The notes: generated from the sequence alone by a model not told the origin. A DNA stretch of 40,710 nt from Candidatus Altiarchaeota archaeon (GCA_030622515.1 JAUXGB010000002.1:1-40710), one strand, 5' to 3'; positions 1 through 9,744 are shown, numbered from the stretch's first letter. Translations and numbers: made by a program.

Positions 1-27
1 AACCGGGCTGCAATACGCGCCTCCCAT
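1..27 (-). CDS. Possible 5' end of a gene running off the window (MGGAYCSPV...)
   Basis: Minus-strand ATG at 27 with TTTATAAG about 25 nt upstream; only 9 codons visible. Confidence 0.3.
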
Positions 28-272
28 ACCCAACCCTTCCCTTCTCCCCTTATAAACCTATTCTCTTCATTATGGCTTTTCAGGACAAAAAGGTTAACCA
101 TTATTGAATGTTAATCCACAACCAACCGCAAGAACCTTTTGTCGATTCGTGGAAATCAAGGGGGCGGCCAGACATAAACCTAAACTTACTACCAAGTAAT
201 AAGCCATATATACCCAATAACCTCTTTAGAGTGCAAAACCAACTATATAAATACCGACTATTTAAACCAGCC

Positions 273-1514
273 ATGACCTCCATAGTCCTTAATTTCGAAA
301 TCCACCAGCCCATAAGGCTGGACTGGATGAGGGATGAGCACAAAATCAGCAACAACGGGGATTTTTTCAAAAGATACTTTGACATGGGCCTTAACGAGAA
401 AATCTTCAGGCGGGTCGCCAAAAAGTGCTACTACCCAACCAACGACGCCATGCTGGAAACGATTGACGGGATGAAGAAGATTGGGAAGGATTTCAAGCTT
501 TCCTACTCCCTGAGCGGCACCTTCATTGAGCAGGCCAAAATGTGGGAACCCGGACTGCTCGACTCCTTCAAGCGCCTTGCAGAAACAGGCAATGTCGAGT
601 TCCTTGACGAGACCTACTACCACTCACTTTCCTCTCTTTTTGGGGAGAACAAGGATGAGTTTGTCGCCCAGTTGAGAATTCACCGGAAGGCTATGAAAGA
701 GCTTTTTGGCCAGGAGCCAAAGGTTATGAGAAACACTGAGTTTCTCTACAACAACCTGATAGCCCGCACTGCCGAAAGGGCCGGATATCGAGGAATCTAC
801 ACGGAAGGGATTGAATGGATTTTGAGGGGGTGGCGTTCTCCCAATTTCCTCTACCGGCCGATTGGCACAAAAAACATCTCCCTGTTGCTTCGCAACTACC
901 GGCTTAGTGACGACATTGGCTACCGCTTCTCAGCACACGACTGGAACGAATGGCCCCTGACAGCCGACAAGTACGCTTCTTGGCTGGCATCAACCCCTGG
1001 CGACCTCATCAACATCTGCATGGACTACGAGACCTTTGGGGAGCACCAGTGGCAGGAAAGCGGCATCTTCTGGTTTCTAAAATCCCTGCCCTACCAGATA
1101 GCAAATCACGACAACCTTGAGTTTGCAACCCCGAGCGAGGTGATTGAAAAGCACAAGCCCAAGGGGGAAATCGACGTCTTTGACTTTTCAACAATCTCTT
1201 GGGCCGATATGGAGAGGGATGTCTCGGCCTGGTTGGGAAACAAGATGCAGCAGAAAGCCTTTGAACAGGTGAGGAAGCTCGAAAAGTCGGTTTTGAAGAC
1301 GCAAAATCCCGAACTGCTCCACATATGGCGCCTCCTCCAGACAAGCGACCACTACTATTACCTTTGCATGAAGTGGTGGGGCGATGGCGACGTTCACCAT
1401 TACTTTTCACACATGAAAAACCCTCACGAAGCCTATGCAAACTTCATGAACATCATCTACGACTTCAAGGACCATGTAAATGAGTACCTGAAGAAAAACA
1501 ACATTAAAGCTTAA
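273..1514 (+). CDS. GH57 alpha-amylase/amylopullulanase-family glycoside hydrolase
   Basis: FEIHQP, ETYYHSL, RNTE, DYETFGEHQW, LQTSDHYYY motifs; start moved to ATG 273, downstream of TATATAAA at 244-251. Confidence 0.93.
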   Translation: MTSIVLNFEIHQPIRLDWMRDEHKISNNGDFFKRYFDMGLNEKIFRRVAKKCYYPTNDAMLETIDGMKKIGKDFKLSYSLSGTFIEQAKMWEPGLLDSFKRLAETGNVEFLDETYYHSLSSLFGENKDEFVAQLRIHRKAMKELFGQEPKVMRNTEFLYNNLIARTAERAGYRGIYTEGIEWILRGWRSPNFLYRPIGTKNISLLLRNYRLSDDIGYRFSAHDWNEWPLTADKYASWLASTPGDLINICMDYETFGEHQWQESGIFWFLKSLPYQIANHDNLEFATPSEVIEKHKPKGEIDVFDFSTISWADMERDVSAWLGNKMQQKAFEQVRKLEKSVLKTQNPELLHIWRLLQTSDHYYYLCMKWWGDGDVHHYFSHMKNPHEAYANFMNIIYDFKDHVNEYLKKNNIKA

Positions 1515-1557
1515 AAAGTGTGACGTGGTATGAACTATACAACGGAGGACAAAGGCC

Positions 1558-2718
1558 ATGAAAATAGCCCACTTTAGCTGGGAATCGCTCCACTCCATAG
1601 CGATTGGAGGGGTAGCGGCAGCCGTAACAGAACTTGCTGCAGCCCAAGCCCGCAAGGGTCACGAGGTCCACGTCTTCACCCGACCTGCGCCAGGCCAGCC
1701 CTACTTTGAGGAAATCCACGGCGTCCGCTACCACAGGTGCCCCCACCAGCTCCACCCAAACCTGATTGATGAGATGGGAAACATGTCCCGCTCACTGGTC
1801 CACCACTTTTTCGAAACAGAAAAAATAATTGGCGGCTTTGACATCTGTCACTTTCACGACTGGCACGTTGTTGATGCCCTCCACGACATAAAGAACGCCG
1901 GCCGCCGCTGCGTCTTCACCCTCCACTCAACCGAGTACGGAAGATGCGGGAACAACCACTTCAACGGAAGAAGCGACATAATCAAGGGAAAAGAAGGCTA
2001 TGGCGCCCACAAGGCAGACCGGGTAATTGCCTGCTCATTCGCGATGAAGGGGGAAATCGAATGGCTTTACGGGGTTCCCCACTGGAAGACCAAGATGGTT
2101 CGCAACGGAATTTCCGCCCACCAGTACAACGGCTGGCTTGACCCGGCAGAAATCAAGGCAAGGTACCAGATTGGTCCTCTTGACCCAACCGTCCTCTTTG
2201 TCGGGCGAATGTATTCCCAGAAAGGGCCTGACCTGCTTGTCGAAGCCATTCGCTCTGTCCTCAACGACAAAGGAAACGCCAAGTTTGTCTTCGCGGGAGA
2301 CGGACCAATGAAAAACGACCTCCAGAACCGCGCCAACCAGCTCGGCGTTGGCCACGCCGCTAGGTTCCTTGGCTATGTTGACGAAGGAGTCAAGCGAGCC
2401 CTGCTCAAGTCGTGCGATTGCGTTGTGCTCCCTTCAAGAAATGAGCCATTCGGAATAGTCGCCCTCGAGGCATGGGCATCCGGCAAGCCAGTAGTCGCCC
2501 TCCACGGGACCGGCACAAGCGAACTAATCTGGGAAGGTGTCACCGGCCTGAAAGCCTACCATAATCCTGAATCAATTGCTTGGGCAGTAAAGAACCTCTT
2601 CCACGACCACGAACGTGCCCGCTGGATGGGACGAAACGGAAGGCATGGCGCAGAAACCGAATACTCCTGGGATAAAGTTGCCGGAGATATGCTTGGCGTC
2701 TATGGGGAACTATTCTAA
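1558..2718 (+). CDS. GT4 (GT-B) glycosyltransferase, glycogen-synthase-like
   Basis: IGGV, HFHDWH, TLHSTEYGR, FVGR..QKG, PSRNEPFGIVALEAW; GGAGG Shine-Dalgarno; next to GH57. Confidence 0.9.
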   Translation: MKIAHFSWESLHSIAIGGVAAAVTELAAAQARKGHEVHVFTRPAPGQPYFEEIHGVRYHRCPHQLHPNLIDEMGNMSRSLVHHFFETEKIIGGFDICHFHDWHVVDALHDIKNAGRRCVFTLHSTEYGRCGNNHFNGRSDIIKGKEGYGAHKADRVIACSFAMKGEIEWLYGVPHWKTKMVRNGISAHQYNGWLDPAEIKARYQIGPLDPTVLFVGRMYSQKGPDLLVEAIRSVLNDKGNAKFVFAGDGPMKNDLQNRANQLGVGHAARFLGYVDEGVKRALLKSCDCVVLPSRNEPFGIVALEAWASGKPVVALHGTGTSELIWEGVTGLKAYHNPESIAWAVKNLFHDHERARWMGRNGRHGAETEYSWDKVAGDMLGVYGELF

Positions 2719-3687
2719 AACTTCTGCCGCCGGGCGATGAACCAAGTGCCGGTACTGGTTTGTGCATGCAGGCCCACTAATGTCAACATCGAAATCAATC
2801 CTGTTTTTTTCAGCATATCTTTCAATTGGGTGTATTGAAGCCTTGAAGCAGTCTGCACTGTGGGTCGAGTCTGTCTCTATTTTCAAAGAATAGTTTCCTT
2901 CGCTGTTTTTCTGCAAGTTTGCATAAAATCCAAGCTTTCTTCCATTTTCTTTAGCTATCAACTTACCTTTAACTTCAAGTTTCTGGAAAATGTCAAAGCT
3001 TGGTGTGAATGATTCTGCAAACAGCGGTTCAAGCGACTCCTCAGCAAGGTTGGTTTTCTGAAGGGGTTTGTCTTCTTTACCATTGGAAGGCGTGTCCCCT
3101 TTAGGCTTAACATCGTAATCGGTAAAGAGTGAAATGTTTCTGTCGGCCCCTTCGAGCATAATGTCGCCTTCAAGCTTAGGGTAAGGGGGAGCTACCGTGA
3201 CATTTGATTTTGTATGTCGCGGGTCAGCATAAACCGAAATCTCCTCAGCAACCATTTGAATTATCGTTTCTTCAGGAGTCACTGCGGGTTCTTTTGAAAG
3301 AATCAGGTTTGCAAAAGGAATGTTTTTCAAAATCACCTGGTAAGACCGTCCCACAACCTTTTCATCACTAATGTATTTTGCACGATTAGCGGCAGTTTCC
3401 TTAATCTCCTTTTCCCTTTGCCACTCGAGTCGGGGTTTTGCCGAAACATCAACTCCTTTGCGCCTCAAATTCATGGTTTTCAGTTGGTTTGAAGTTTTCT
3501 GGTTTTCAGTTGGAGCTTGAACTTCGTTAGTAAGTCCCGGAACAAGCTTGCGTCGTGCCTCATTGTATTTTTCAAGCGCGTTTGCATAGTCTTTATAATC
3601 GTCTATTGTTGGCGCCCAAGGAAGTTTCGGTTCCTCAAGAGAGCCAAGGATAGAACCATTTCTCTTCATACCATCCGTCCCTGCCAT
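2710..3687 (-). CDS. Hypothetical protein, probable distant paralog of 3902-4459
   Basis: Long ORF; start set at ATG 3687 below TTTTATATA at 3717-3709. Confidence 0.7.
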   Translation of the reverse strand: MAGTDGMKRNGSILGSLEEPKLPWAPTIDDYKDYANALEKYNEARRKLVPGLTNEVQAPTENQKTSNQLKTMNLRRKGVDVSAKPRLEWQREKEIKETAANRAKYISDEKVVGRSYQVILKNIPFANLILSKEPAVTPEETIIQMVAEEISVYADPRHTKSNVTVAPPYPKLEGDIMLEGADRNISLFTDYDVKPKGDTPSNGKEDKPLQKTNLAEESLEPLFAESFTPSFDIFQKLEVKGKLIAKENGRKLGFYANLQKNSEGNYSLKIETDSTHSADCFKASIHPIERYAEKNRIDFDVDISGPACTNQYRHLVHRPAAEVLE

Positions 3688-3749
3688 AGCCCGTGAATAG
3701 CTTTTCCGTATATAAAACTTTCTTTGATTGCCTACTAAAAAAGGGTTAA

Positions 3750-3905
3750 TCATTCGGGGTTGTAGACCTCAGGATGGCTGTATTTCGGGTTAGGCTCCGG
3801 GGCTTTGCTGTGGGTGAAAACATAACTTGGCTGTTCCTTTTGGAGACGCTCTATCAGCGGCACGTAGTCGCCATGAACCCTCCAGTCGTCTTTTGTAAAT
3901 ATCAT
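3750..3905 (-). CDS. 51-aa small protein (MIFTKDDWRVHGDYVPLIERLQKEQPSY...EVYNPE)
   Basis: Translated by hand; ATGA overlap with the upstream stop; fills the gap; below the ORF-track cutoff. Confidence 0.6.
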   Translation of the reverse strand: MIFTKDDWRVHGDYVPLIERLQKEQPSYVFTHSKAPEPNPKYSHPEVYNPE

Positions 3906-4459
3906 CCTTCAACACTCGCATAGATCGGGTCGCTTGTCCATGTAACATCATATCCAAGCGTTTCTCCGGCAGACTTAATCCCTTCCGCAATGTGACTGAA
4001 ATCCCTCGAGCAGTTAAGCTCGCACTTCCTGCTTGACCTGACATATGCCGAAGCCGTCGGCTTGCCTGACACCTGGATTCCAATATCGACATCTTTTGCC
4101 TCATTTAGTCTTGCAAGAATATCATAACTGTCAATCCCTTCAGGGCCCATGACCGACTTCCCGTCGGTTTCAAGCTGGACCTGATTTTCTAGCCCAAGGC
4201 CTGCGCCAACCTGAACCTTGACAGGCTCATAAATCCTGTTGAACTGTTCAATGACAGACCTTGCCATCGGGTCGCCGTGATAGACCTTAAGCAAGTCAAA
4301 ACTCATCCCTATCAGGTGGACCGGCTCCTCATTCCAGTTCTTAAGAAGCTCTGAAAGCCCTTCGCCCGGCGGAAGCTCAGCCGCATTGCCAAGAAGCTCG
4401 ATAACCGCCGGATGAAATGTCAGCTCTTCCTTTCCCATTGAAACCCAATACTTCCCCAC
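3902..4459 (-). CDS. Hypothetical protein
   Basis: 185-aa ORF with GTG start and AT-rich upstream gap. Confidence 0.7.
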   Translation of the reverse strand: MGKYWVSMGKEELTFHPAVIELLGNAAELPPGEGLSELLKNWNEEPVHLIGMSFDLLKVYHGDPMARSVIEQFNRIYEPVKVQVGAGLGLENQVQLETDGKSVMGPEGIDSYDILARLNEAKDVDIGIQVSGKPTASAYVRSSRKCELNCSRDFSHIAEGIKSAGETLGYDVTWTSDPIYASVEG

Positions 4460-4497
4460 CTTTATAATACTTTAGAGTAATAGCTACTAAATAGAGG

Positions 4498-5574
4498 TTA
4501 AATCTTCCCCAATTCGGCTGCTGCAAGAAGGAACATTGAGTGGCTCCAGGCTAAAGGCAGGATTGAGATTGGCTTGCCGTTCTTGACCTGCTCGCTGAGG
4601 AAGCCTTGGTGGTTGGTCAGGCCGAGCTTCCACATCTTGTTTGCCTTCCTCCTGTCCCCAAGCAGCTTGTAGACTATTGCGGCTTCGAAGTTAAGCAGCG
4701 GCCAGGCGCCAGCCCCCTTCTTCCTATGGTGCCGATGAGCGATTTCTCCTTCGTAAGCGTCAAAAGGGTAGCGAAGCAGCCCGTCCTTTGTCACACAACC
4801 CTCTTCGATAGCTTTCAGCGTCTTTTTCCACCGCTTGTCTCCCGGCTTGACAAGGCCGAATGGCCAGACAAGGAAAAGCATTGAGGAATCAATTATCGGG
4901 TCGCTATAGTTCTTCCCGTGGCACCGTGCGAAAAACTTTCCGTTAAAGCTTGCCAAAGCTCTTGCCTTCAATTGCTTGGCAGTCTTTACCCAAGCCGCCT
5001 TGGGCTTTCTTCCAACAACCTTCCACAACTCAATCGTATCCAGAAGGCCTTTGGCGCATGCTGCTGCCGAGAATGTGAAGATTTCCTGGGCGTCGGCAAA
5101 GGCGTGCCTCTCCTCCCAAAGGTCTTCGCTTATCCCGCGGAAGCTTTTCCCGTCCCAGTGCTTAACAATGCCGTCCGCAAGAAGTTGCGCAAGTTTGAGG
5201 TTTGTCTTCTCGGTGTAGGCGAAGTGGAAAGCAATCGCCTGAAGGACCAGCCCGTTCTGGTCAGGCTGGAAAGCACCCTCAAAGTAGCGTCCGTTGGTTG
5301 AGTAGTTCTTCCTGAACACTCCGTACTCGCTCAGCCCTTCCACCCGCTCAAGGCACCAGTCAAAGAACGCTTCGGGAATTTTGTGAAGCCCTGCTACATT
5401 TGCAGCCATGCAGGAAAAGGCGGCATCCCGCGGCCAGACGTAACGATAGTCCTTAACCGTTGTTGGGTAAATGTTCAAATCGGTGTTCGAAGCGACAAGT
5501 GCCCCATTCTCAAGGGAGCACCTTCCAAGGACCTCGAGGCTTTTCTTGTAAACCTTCTTGAAAGTGGTGTCCAT
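4498..5574 (-). CDS. GH15 glucoamylase-like glycoside hydrolase
   Basis: YRYVWPRDA, QPDQNG, DLWEER, RYPFD.Y, LSEQ, PLAWSH motifs. Confidence 0.9.
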   Translation of the reverse strand: MDTTFKKVYKKSLEVLGRCSLENGALVASNTDLNIYPTTVKDYRYVWPRDAAFSCMAANVAGLHKIPEAFFDWCLERVEGLSEYGVFRKNYSTNGRYFEGAFQPDQNGLVLQAIAFHFAYTEKTNLKLAQLLADGIVKHWDGKSFRGISEDLWEERHAFADAQEIFTFSAAACAKGLLDTIELWKVVGRKPKAAWVKTAKQLKARALASFNGKFFARCHGKNYSDPIIDSSMLFLVWPFGLVKPGDKRWKKTLKAIEEGCVTKDGLLRYPFDAYEGEIAHRHHRKKGAGAWPLLNFEAAIVYKLLGDRRKANKMWKLGLTNHQGFLSEQVKNGKPISILPLAWSHSMFLLAAAELGKI

Positions 5575-5580
5575 AAGCAA

Positions 5581-5612
5581 TAGGCAAGCTTTTTAGCTAT
5601 AAAACTTGTCTA
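5581..5612. promoter_or_regulatory. Palindromic bidirectional promoter between GH15 and GH57
   Basis: 32-bp imperfect palindrome (26/32) with a TATA-like box on each strand about 25 nt from each ATG. Confidence 0.65.
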
Positions 5613-5618
5613 AACAGC

Positions 5619-6815
5619 ATGGATGCATCCTATGTTCCTTGGCTTCACATGCACCAGCCGATGGTCTGGCAGGGCGGCAAGCTTGTTTCCAACCTTGAAA
5701 AGATGCTGGATTCTCCCGACAGCCAGCAGTCTGGCGACGCAAAAAAGATGCTTCGCGCTTACAAGAACCCTGCAACCTACTGCTACCGATTATCGAAAGA
5801 GGGCTTTAGCCCGAAAATGATGCTTGACTTCTCAGGGCTCCTGCTTGAAACCCTGTCTTCCATGGGCGAACGCCTTGCAACAGTTGAGGTTGATGGGGAA
5901 AAAGTCGGTGACATCATTGCCGCCTACAAAAAAGTTTTCAAAGCCTACCCGAAAGCGATTGAGTTTGCAGGGACAGCCTACAGCCACTGCTACTTCCCGA
6001 TAACCCCCAAGGTTGATTGGGAAATGCAAATCACCGAGTGGCGGAAAACCTTTTCCAAGCTGTTCGGCTCTTCGGCTCTTAAGCAGGTGCACGGCTTCTG
6101 GCTGCCTGAGCAGGGTGTTCCCGGAGGAAAGGATTTAGAGCGGCTGATTCACGAGGTGAAGAAAGCAGGCTACCATTGGCTCATTCTCCCGACAGAAGCG
6201 ATTGAGGGGGAGAAGAAGTTCTCCTGGGAGAAGCGGGTCAGCTACTGCGTAAAGCCATGGATACTTAAGCAGGGAAAAGAAAAGATTCCTGTCATCTTCA
6301 GGATGAGGTACGACTTTATTGACCAGCAGGCAGGATGCGATGCGAAAGGGGTTTACGAAAAAGCACTTTCAATCCAGCACCATTCCGGCAAGGTGCCTGC
6401 CCTCGTTTGTCCTGCAAGTGACGGGGAGAACGGGAACGTAATGATGAACCAGTTTTTCAAAGACACCTTTGTCCCCTTCTTCACAAAGCTCGAGAGCAAG
6501 AAGGTGGGCTCGATGCTTGTCAGCCAGTTCCTTGAAAAGTACTATCCATACGGCCCGAAGGAAGAAGTCAAGTTGAAGGTTCAGGGAGGCTCCTGGACAG
6601 GCAGCCATTCCAACTGGACCCAAGGGGAGCGGCGGGAGCAGCTGAGGCAAAAGGTAGAAGCGCTTTCGAAGAGCTTTCACAGGAAAAAGCAGTCGGAAAA
6701 AGCCCTTCAGGCCCTGCTGCTGGCCGAGACATCATGCTACCTCTACTGGAATGTTGACTTCTGGTTTGACCAGGGGGAGATGATGGTCAACTACGCGAAG
6801 AGGCTTCAGAAGTAG
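5619..6815 (+). CDS. GH57-family glycoside hydrolase (HMHQP subtype)
   Basis: LHMHQP, GTAYSH, GFWLPE, SDGENG, GSW, AETSCY.YW. Confidence 0.85.
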   Translation: MDASYVPWLHMHQPMVWQGGKLVSNLEKMLDSPDSQQSGDAKKMLRAYKNPATYCYRLSKEGFSPKMMLDFSGLLLETLSSMGERLATVEVDGEKVGDIIAAYKKVFKAYPKAIEFAGTAYSHCYFPITPKVDWEMQITEWRKTFSKLFGSSALKQVHGFWLPEQGVPGGKDLERLIHEVKKAGYHWLILPTEAIEGEKKFSWEKRVSYCVKPWILKQGKEKIPVIFRMRYDFIDQQAGCDAKGVYEKALSIQHHSGKVPALVCPASDGENGNVMMNQFFKDTFVPFFTKLESKKVGSMLVSQFLEKYYPYGPKEEVKLKVQGGSWTGSHSNWTQGERREQLRQKVEALSKSFHRKKQSEKALQALLLAETSCYLYWNVDFWFDQGEMMVNYAKRLQK

Positions 6816-7180
6816 CGGTCTATCGAAGGCTTGACCTCGTACCTGCCAACAGTGAAGGTTTTCTCGACCGGCTTGCACCCATCGACAAAGATGAGCGCCC
6901 TGTGCTTGCCAGTCTTTTCAGCAGGGTAAACTGCGTAGAACTTGCCTTTCTCCTCAACTATCGGCTGCATAGCATCCTGCCCCAGCTCATATGGGTCTTT
7001 GCCAAGCTTCCGAAGGCTTACATTTGGGAGGAAGATTCTGGCAGTTCCCGAAGGGGAGACAACCACCACGGCGAGCTTCCGGCGACGGCCAAAGTATCCT
7101 ATTGCAAACCTGTTGTTCTCGAATTCAACAAAGGCTTCCACAGGCTGTCTAGCCAGCAGCCGCTTAATAACCTTACCCAA
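6806..7180 (-). CDS. Hypothetical protein with possible Ig/filamin-like beta-sandwich
   Basis: Fills the gap; LAVVVVSPSG and FYAVYPAEKTGKHRALIFVDG; TTG start uncertain. Confidence 0.55.
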   Translation of the reverse strand: MGKVIKRLLARQPVEAFVEFENNRFAIGYFGRRRKLAVVVVSPSGTARIFLPNVSLRKLGKDPYELGQDAMQPIVEEKGKFYAVYPAEKTGKHRALIFVDGCKPVEKTFTVGRYEVKPSIDRYF

Positions 7181-7217
7181 GACAAAACTTAAAAAGGGGC
7201 TCGAAGGCGAAAGCTCT

Positions 7218-7442
7218 ATGGCTAAAGAAGAGAAGAAAAACAAATCCTCACCAAAGAAGGCTGAAAGTTACAAGATCGAGGGAAACAGGGTTGTCAGGCT
7301 CAAGAAATCATGCCCCCGCTGCGGTTCAGGCACCCTTATGGCAAAGCACAAGGGACGGCTCTACTGCGGTCGCTGCCACTACACAATCTTCGAGGAGAAG
7401 AAGGCCGCCAAGGAACCCAACAAGGATAAAAAGGGCAAGTAG
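7218..7442 (+). CDS. rps27ae: 30S ribosomal protein S27ae
   Basis: CPRCG...MAKH..RLYCGRC zinc ribbon; start ATG 7218. Confidence 0.95.
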   Translation: MAKEEKKNKSSPKKAESYKIEGNRVVRLKKSCPRCGSGTLMAKHKGRLYCGRCHYTIFEEKKAAKEPNKDKKGK

Positions 7443-7454
7443 TTTCTCTTTTCT

Positions 7455-8420
7455 ATGATATCCCTCGGGATAGAGTCAACAGCGCATACTTTCGGGATAG
7501 GCATAGTCGGGCCCAAGGGAAAAATTTGTCTCAACCTTCGCGAAACCTACAAACCTCCCAAAGGCTCAGGCATAATCCCTGCCGAGGCAAAGGCGCATCA
7601 TGAGGCTGTTGCCAGCAAGCTGCTTGCCAAGGCAAAAAACTCTTTTGATTTTTCAAAACTCAATTTAATCTCCTACAGTAAAGGACCGGGGCTGCCGCCC
7701 TGCCTAAAGGTGGGTCTCACTGCCGCAAGAAATCTTGCCAAGGAACTAAAGCTGCCGCTGCTGGGAGTCAACCACTGCGTCGCTCACATCGAGATTGGCA
7801 AGCTAGCTACCGGCACGAAAGACCCTGTCGTCCTCTACGTCTCGGGAGGCAACACTCAGGTGCTCGCCCTAGCTGGCGGCCGCTATCGCGTCTTCGGGGA
7901 AACCCTTGACATCCCAATCGGCAACGCGATGGATGTTCTTGCGAGAAGGATGGGCTATGGTTTTCCGGGCGGACCTGTAACTGCAAGGCTTGCAGAAAAA
8001 GCTGACAAGTTTATTGAAATGCCGTACAGTGTCAAGGGAACCGATCTCTCCTACTCAGGTCTCCTTACCCATGCCAGCAGACTGATTGGAAAAGAGTCAA
8101 ACGAAAACATTTCCCACAGCTTCAGAGAGACAGGCTTTGCCATGCTGACCGAGGTTGTTGAACGAGCTTTAGCCCACACAGGCAAGAAGGAAGTGCTCCT
8201 CACCGGCGGCGTCGCGGCAAACGTTCGCCTTCAGGAGATGATGGCAAAGATGACCAAAGCCCGCAAGGCAAAAAGCTACGTTGTTCCGGAAAGCGTCAGC
8301 GGCGACAACGGCGCAATGATTGCTTGGACAGGGGTTTTGATGGCGCAGGCAGGCGTTTGCGAAGCAACCCACGACATCTCCCCCCGGCAGCGGACTGACG
8401 AAGTCAAAGTGGTTTGGTAA
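7455..8420 (+). CDS. kae1: KEOPS t6A transferase Kae1 (stand-alone)
   Basis: LGIESTAHT, GPG, VNHCVAHIE, LYVSGGNT, GETLD, DNGAMIAW. Confidence 0.96.
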   Translation: MISLGIESTAHTFGIGIVGPKGKICLNLRETYKPPKGSGIIPAEAKAHHEAVASKLLAKAKNSFDFSKLNLISYSKGPGLPPCLKVGLTAARNLAKELKLPLLGVNHCVAHIEIGKLATGTKDPVVLYVSGGNTQVLALAGGRYRVFGETLDIPIGNAMDVLARRMGYGFPGGPVTARLAEKADKFIEMPYSVKGTDLSYSGLLTHASRLIGKESNENISHSFRETGFAMLTEVVERALAHTGKKEVLLTGGVAANVRLQEMMAKMTKARKAKSYVVPESVSGDNGAMIAWTGVLMAQAGVCEATHDISPRQRTDEVKVVW

Positions 8421-8451
8421 ATTAGTTAAACCTCTGCCTTTTTCTCAACCC

Positions 8452-9231
8452 ATGCTGAAGGAAAAGCTTGCGAAAGGGGAATTTGTCCGGGCCCTCGAGG
8501 TTATTCCGCCGAAGAATTCAGACATTTCCGGGGTTCTCAAGCACGCCGGGCTTATGGGAGATATCGACCTTATCACCGTTGTTGATTCGCCGCTCGGGCG
8601 CCCGCTAATGAATCCCATCCCTGTCGCCCATCTTATCGAGAAGAAAGTAAAGAGGGAAACCCTTGTCCACTTCACCTGCAGGGACAGGAACCTAAACGAG
8701 ATTAAGGCAAGCCTGCTTGGCGCCCATGCGCTTGGCCTAAGGAACATCTTAGCCCTTACAGGGGATGCGACCCGGCTGGCAAAGCCGGTCTTTGAGCGCC
8801 ACTCAATAACCCTGCTTGAGGAGATTGGGAAACTCAACCGTGAGGCAGGTTGTAGCCTCTTCCCCGGGGCAGGAGGCAACCCAAACGCAAACAACCTCGA
8901 GGCTGAGCTTAAGAAGATAGGGAGGAAAGTCAGCGCCGGGGCAAACTTCATTATGACCCAGCCTGTCTTCGACGCAAAAAAAGCCAAGGCCTACGCAAAG
9001 TCGGTCGATGTGCCTGTCATTTTCGGCATCCTGCTTTTTTCCAACAAAAAGTCTGTTGAGTTTTTCTCAAAAGTGCCGGGAATCACCCTTCCGAAGGAAG
9101 CGGCAGCCCTTGCAGGGAACAGGAAGAAGCTTGAGAAATTTTACAGGAAGCTGCTCAGCGAGCTGAAGGGGTTCGCCAGTGGCATAGCCTTCATGCCGAT
9201 TGATGACGGGGCCTTCTCCTTAGAGCTCTAG
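8452..9231 (+). CDS. metF: Methylenetetrahydrofolate reductase family flavoprotein
   Basis: LEVIPPK, HFTCRDRN, LALTGD, GANFIMTQPVFD. Confidence 0.85.
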   Translation: MLKEKLAKGEFVRALEVIPPKNSDISGVLKHAGLMGDIDLITVVDSPLGRPLMNPIPVAHLIEKKVKRETLVHFTCRDRNLNEIKASLLGAHALGLRNILALTGDATRLAKPVFERHSITLLEEIGKLNREAGCSLFPGAGGNPNANNLEAELKKIGRKVSAGANFIMTQPVFDAKKAKAYAKSVDVPVIFGILLFSNKKSVEFFSKVPGITLPKEAAALAGNRKKLEKFYRKLLSELKGFASGIAFMPIDDGAFSLEL

Positions 9232-9744
9232 CTTTTCAAAAACATCAACCAGCTCAACTTCAGTATCAACACAGCCGTCTTTCTTAAGCTTGACAACCTG
9301 AACAGCAAGCCCTGCTTTTTCAGCAACCGGAATCCCCAAACCCAGCTCTTTCGGGCAGGCAACGCCAATCACGGCCTTTGGCTTCGTCTTCTTGAAAACC
9401 TTGGGCACCATGCTTCCGCCGGGGAGGACGAAAGTCCCCAAGTATCCCAACTCTTTGGCCTTCTTTATTATCTTGTAAACCTGACAGCTCTTCGGGCTGC
9501 AGCTGGCGCAAACAAAACCTAAATCCGTCTTTTTGGCCTTGCATTTTCTCCTCCGCAAGCACTGCGGCAGCAGGACTATTCTCTTGTTTTTCGGGACCTT
9601 GACAAAGTTGTCAAGATGGATTTTGTTTTTCAAGTCAATGTAGGCTTCGTCAACCCGTTCCGACTCAACACCAATAGCCTGCACAGTTCTCTTTGCGGGG
9701 GAGTTTATGAAAAATGCAATTAGTTTTTGGAAGGCTTTCTTCAT
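9220..9744 (-). CDS. DUF116 family Cys-rich protein
   Basis: LLPQCLR..C, C..C...C, PGGS, IGVAC..EL, GCVDT.V; start at MKKAF. Confidence 0.88.
   Translation of the reverse strand: MKKAFQKLIAFFINSPAKRTVQAIGVESERVDEAYIDLKNKIHLDNFVKVPKNKRIVLLPQCLRRRKCKAKKTDLGFVCASCSPKSCQVYKIIKKAKELGYLGTFVLPGGSMVPKVFKKTKPKAVIGVACPKELGLGIPVAEKAGLAVQVVKLKKDGCVDTEVELVDVFEKLEL

Noticed and set aside
108-272. N-terminal extensions in the ORF track (also 6942-7217, 33935-34114, 37124-37180)
   Set aside because: Downstream ATGs fit the TATA/SD positions and family starts better
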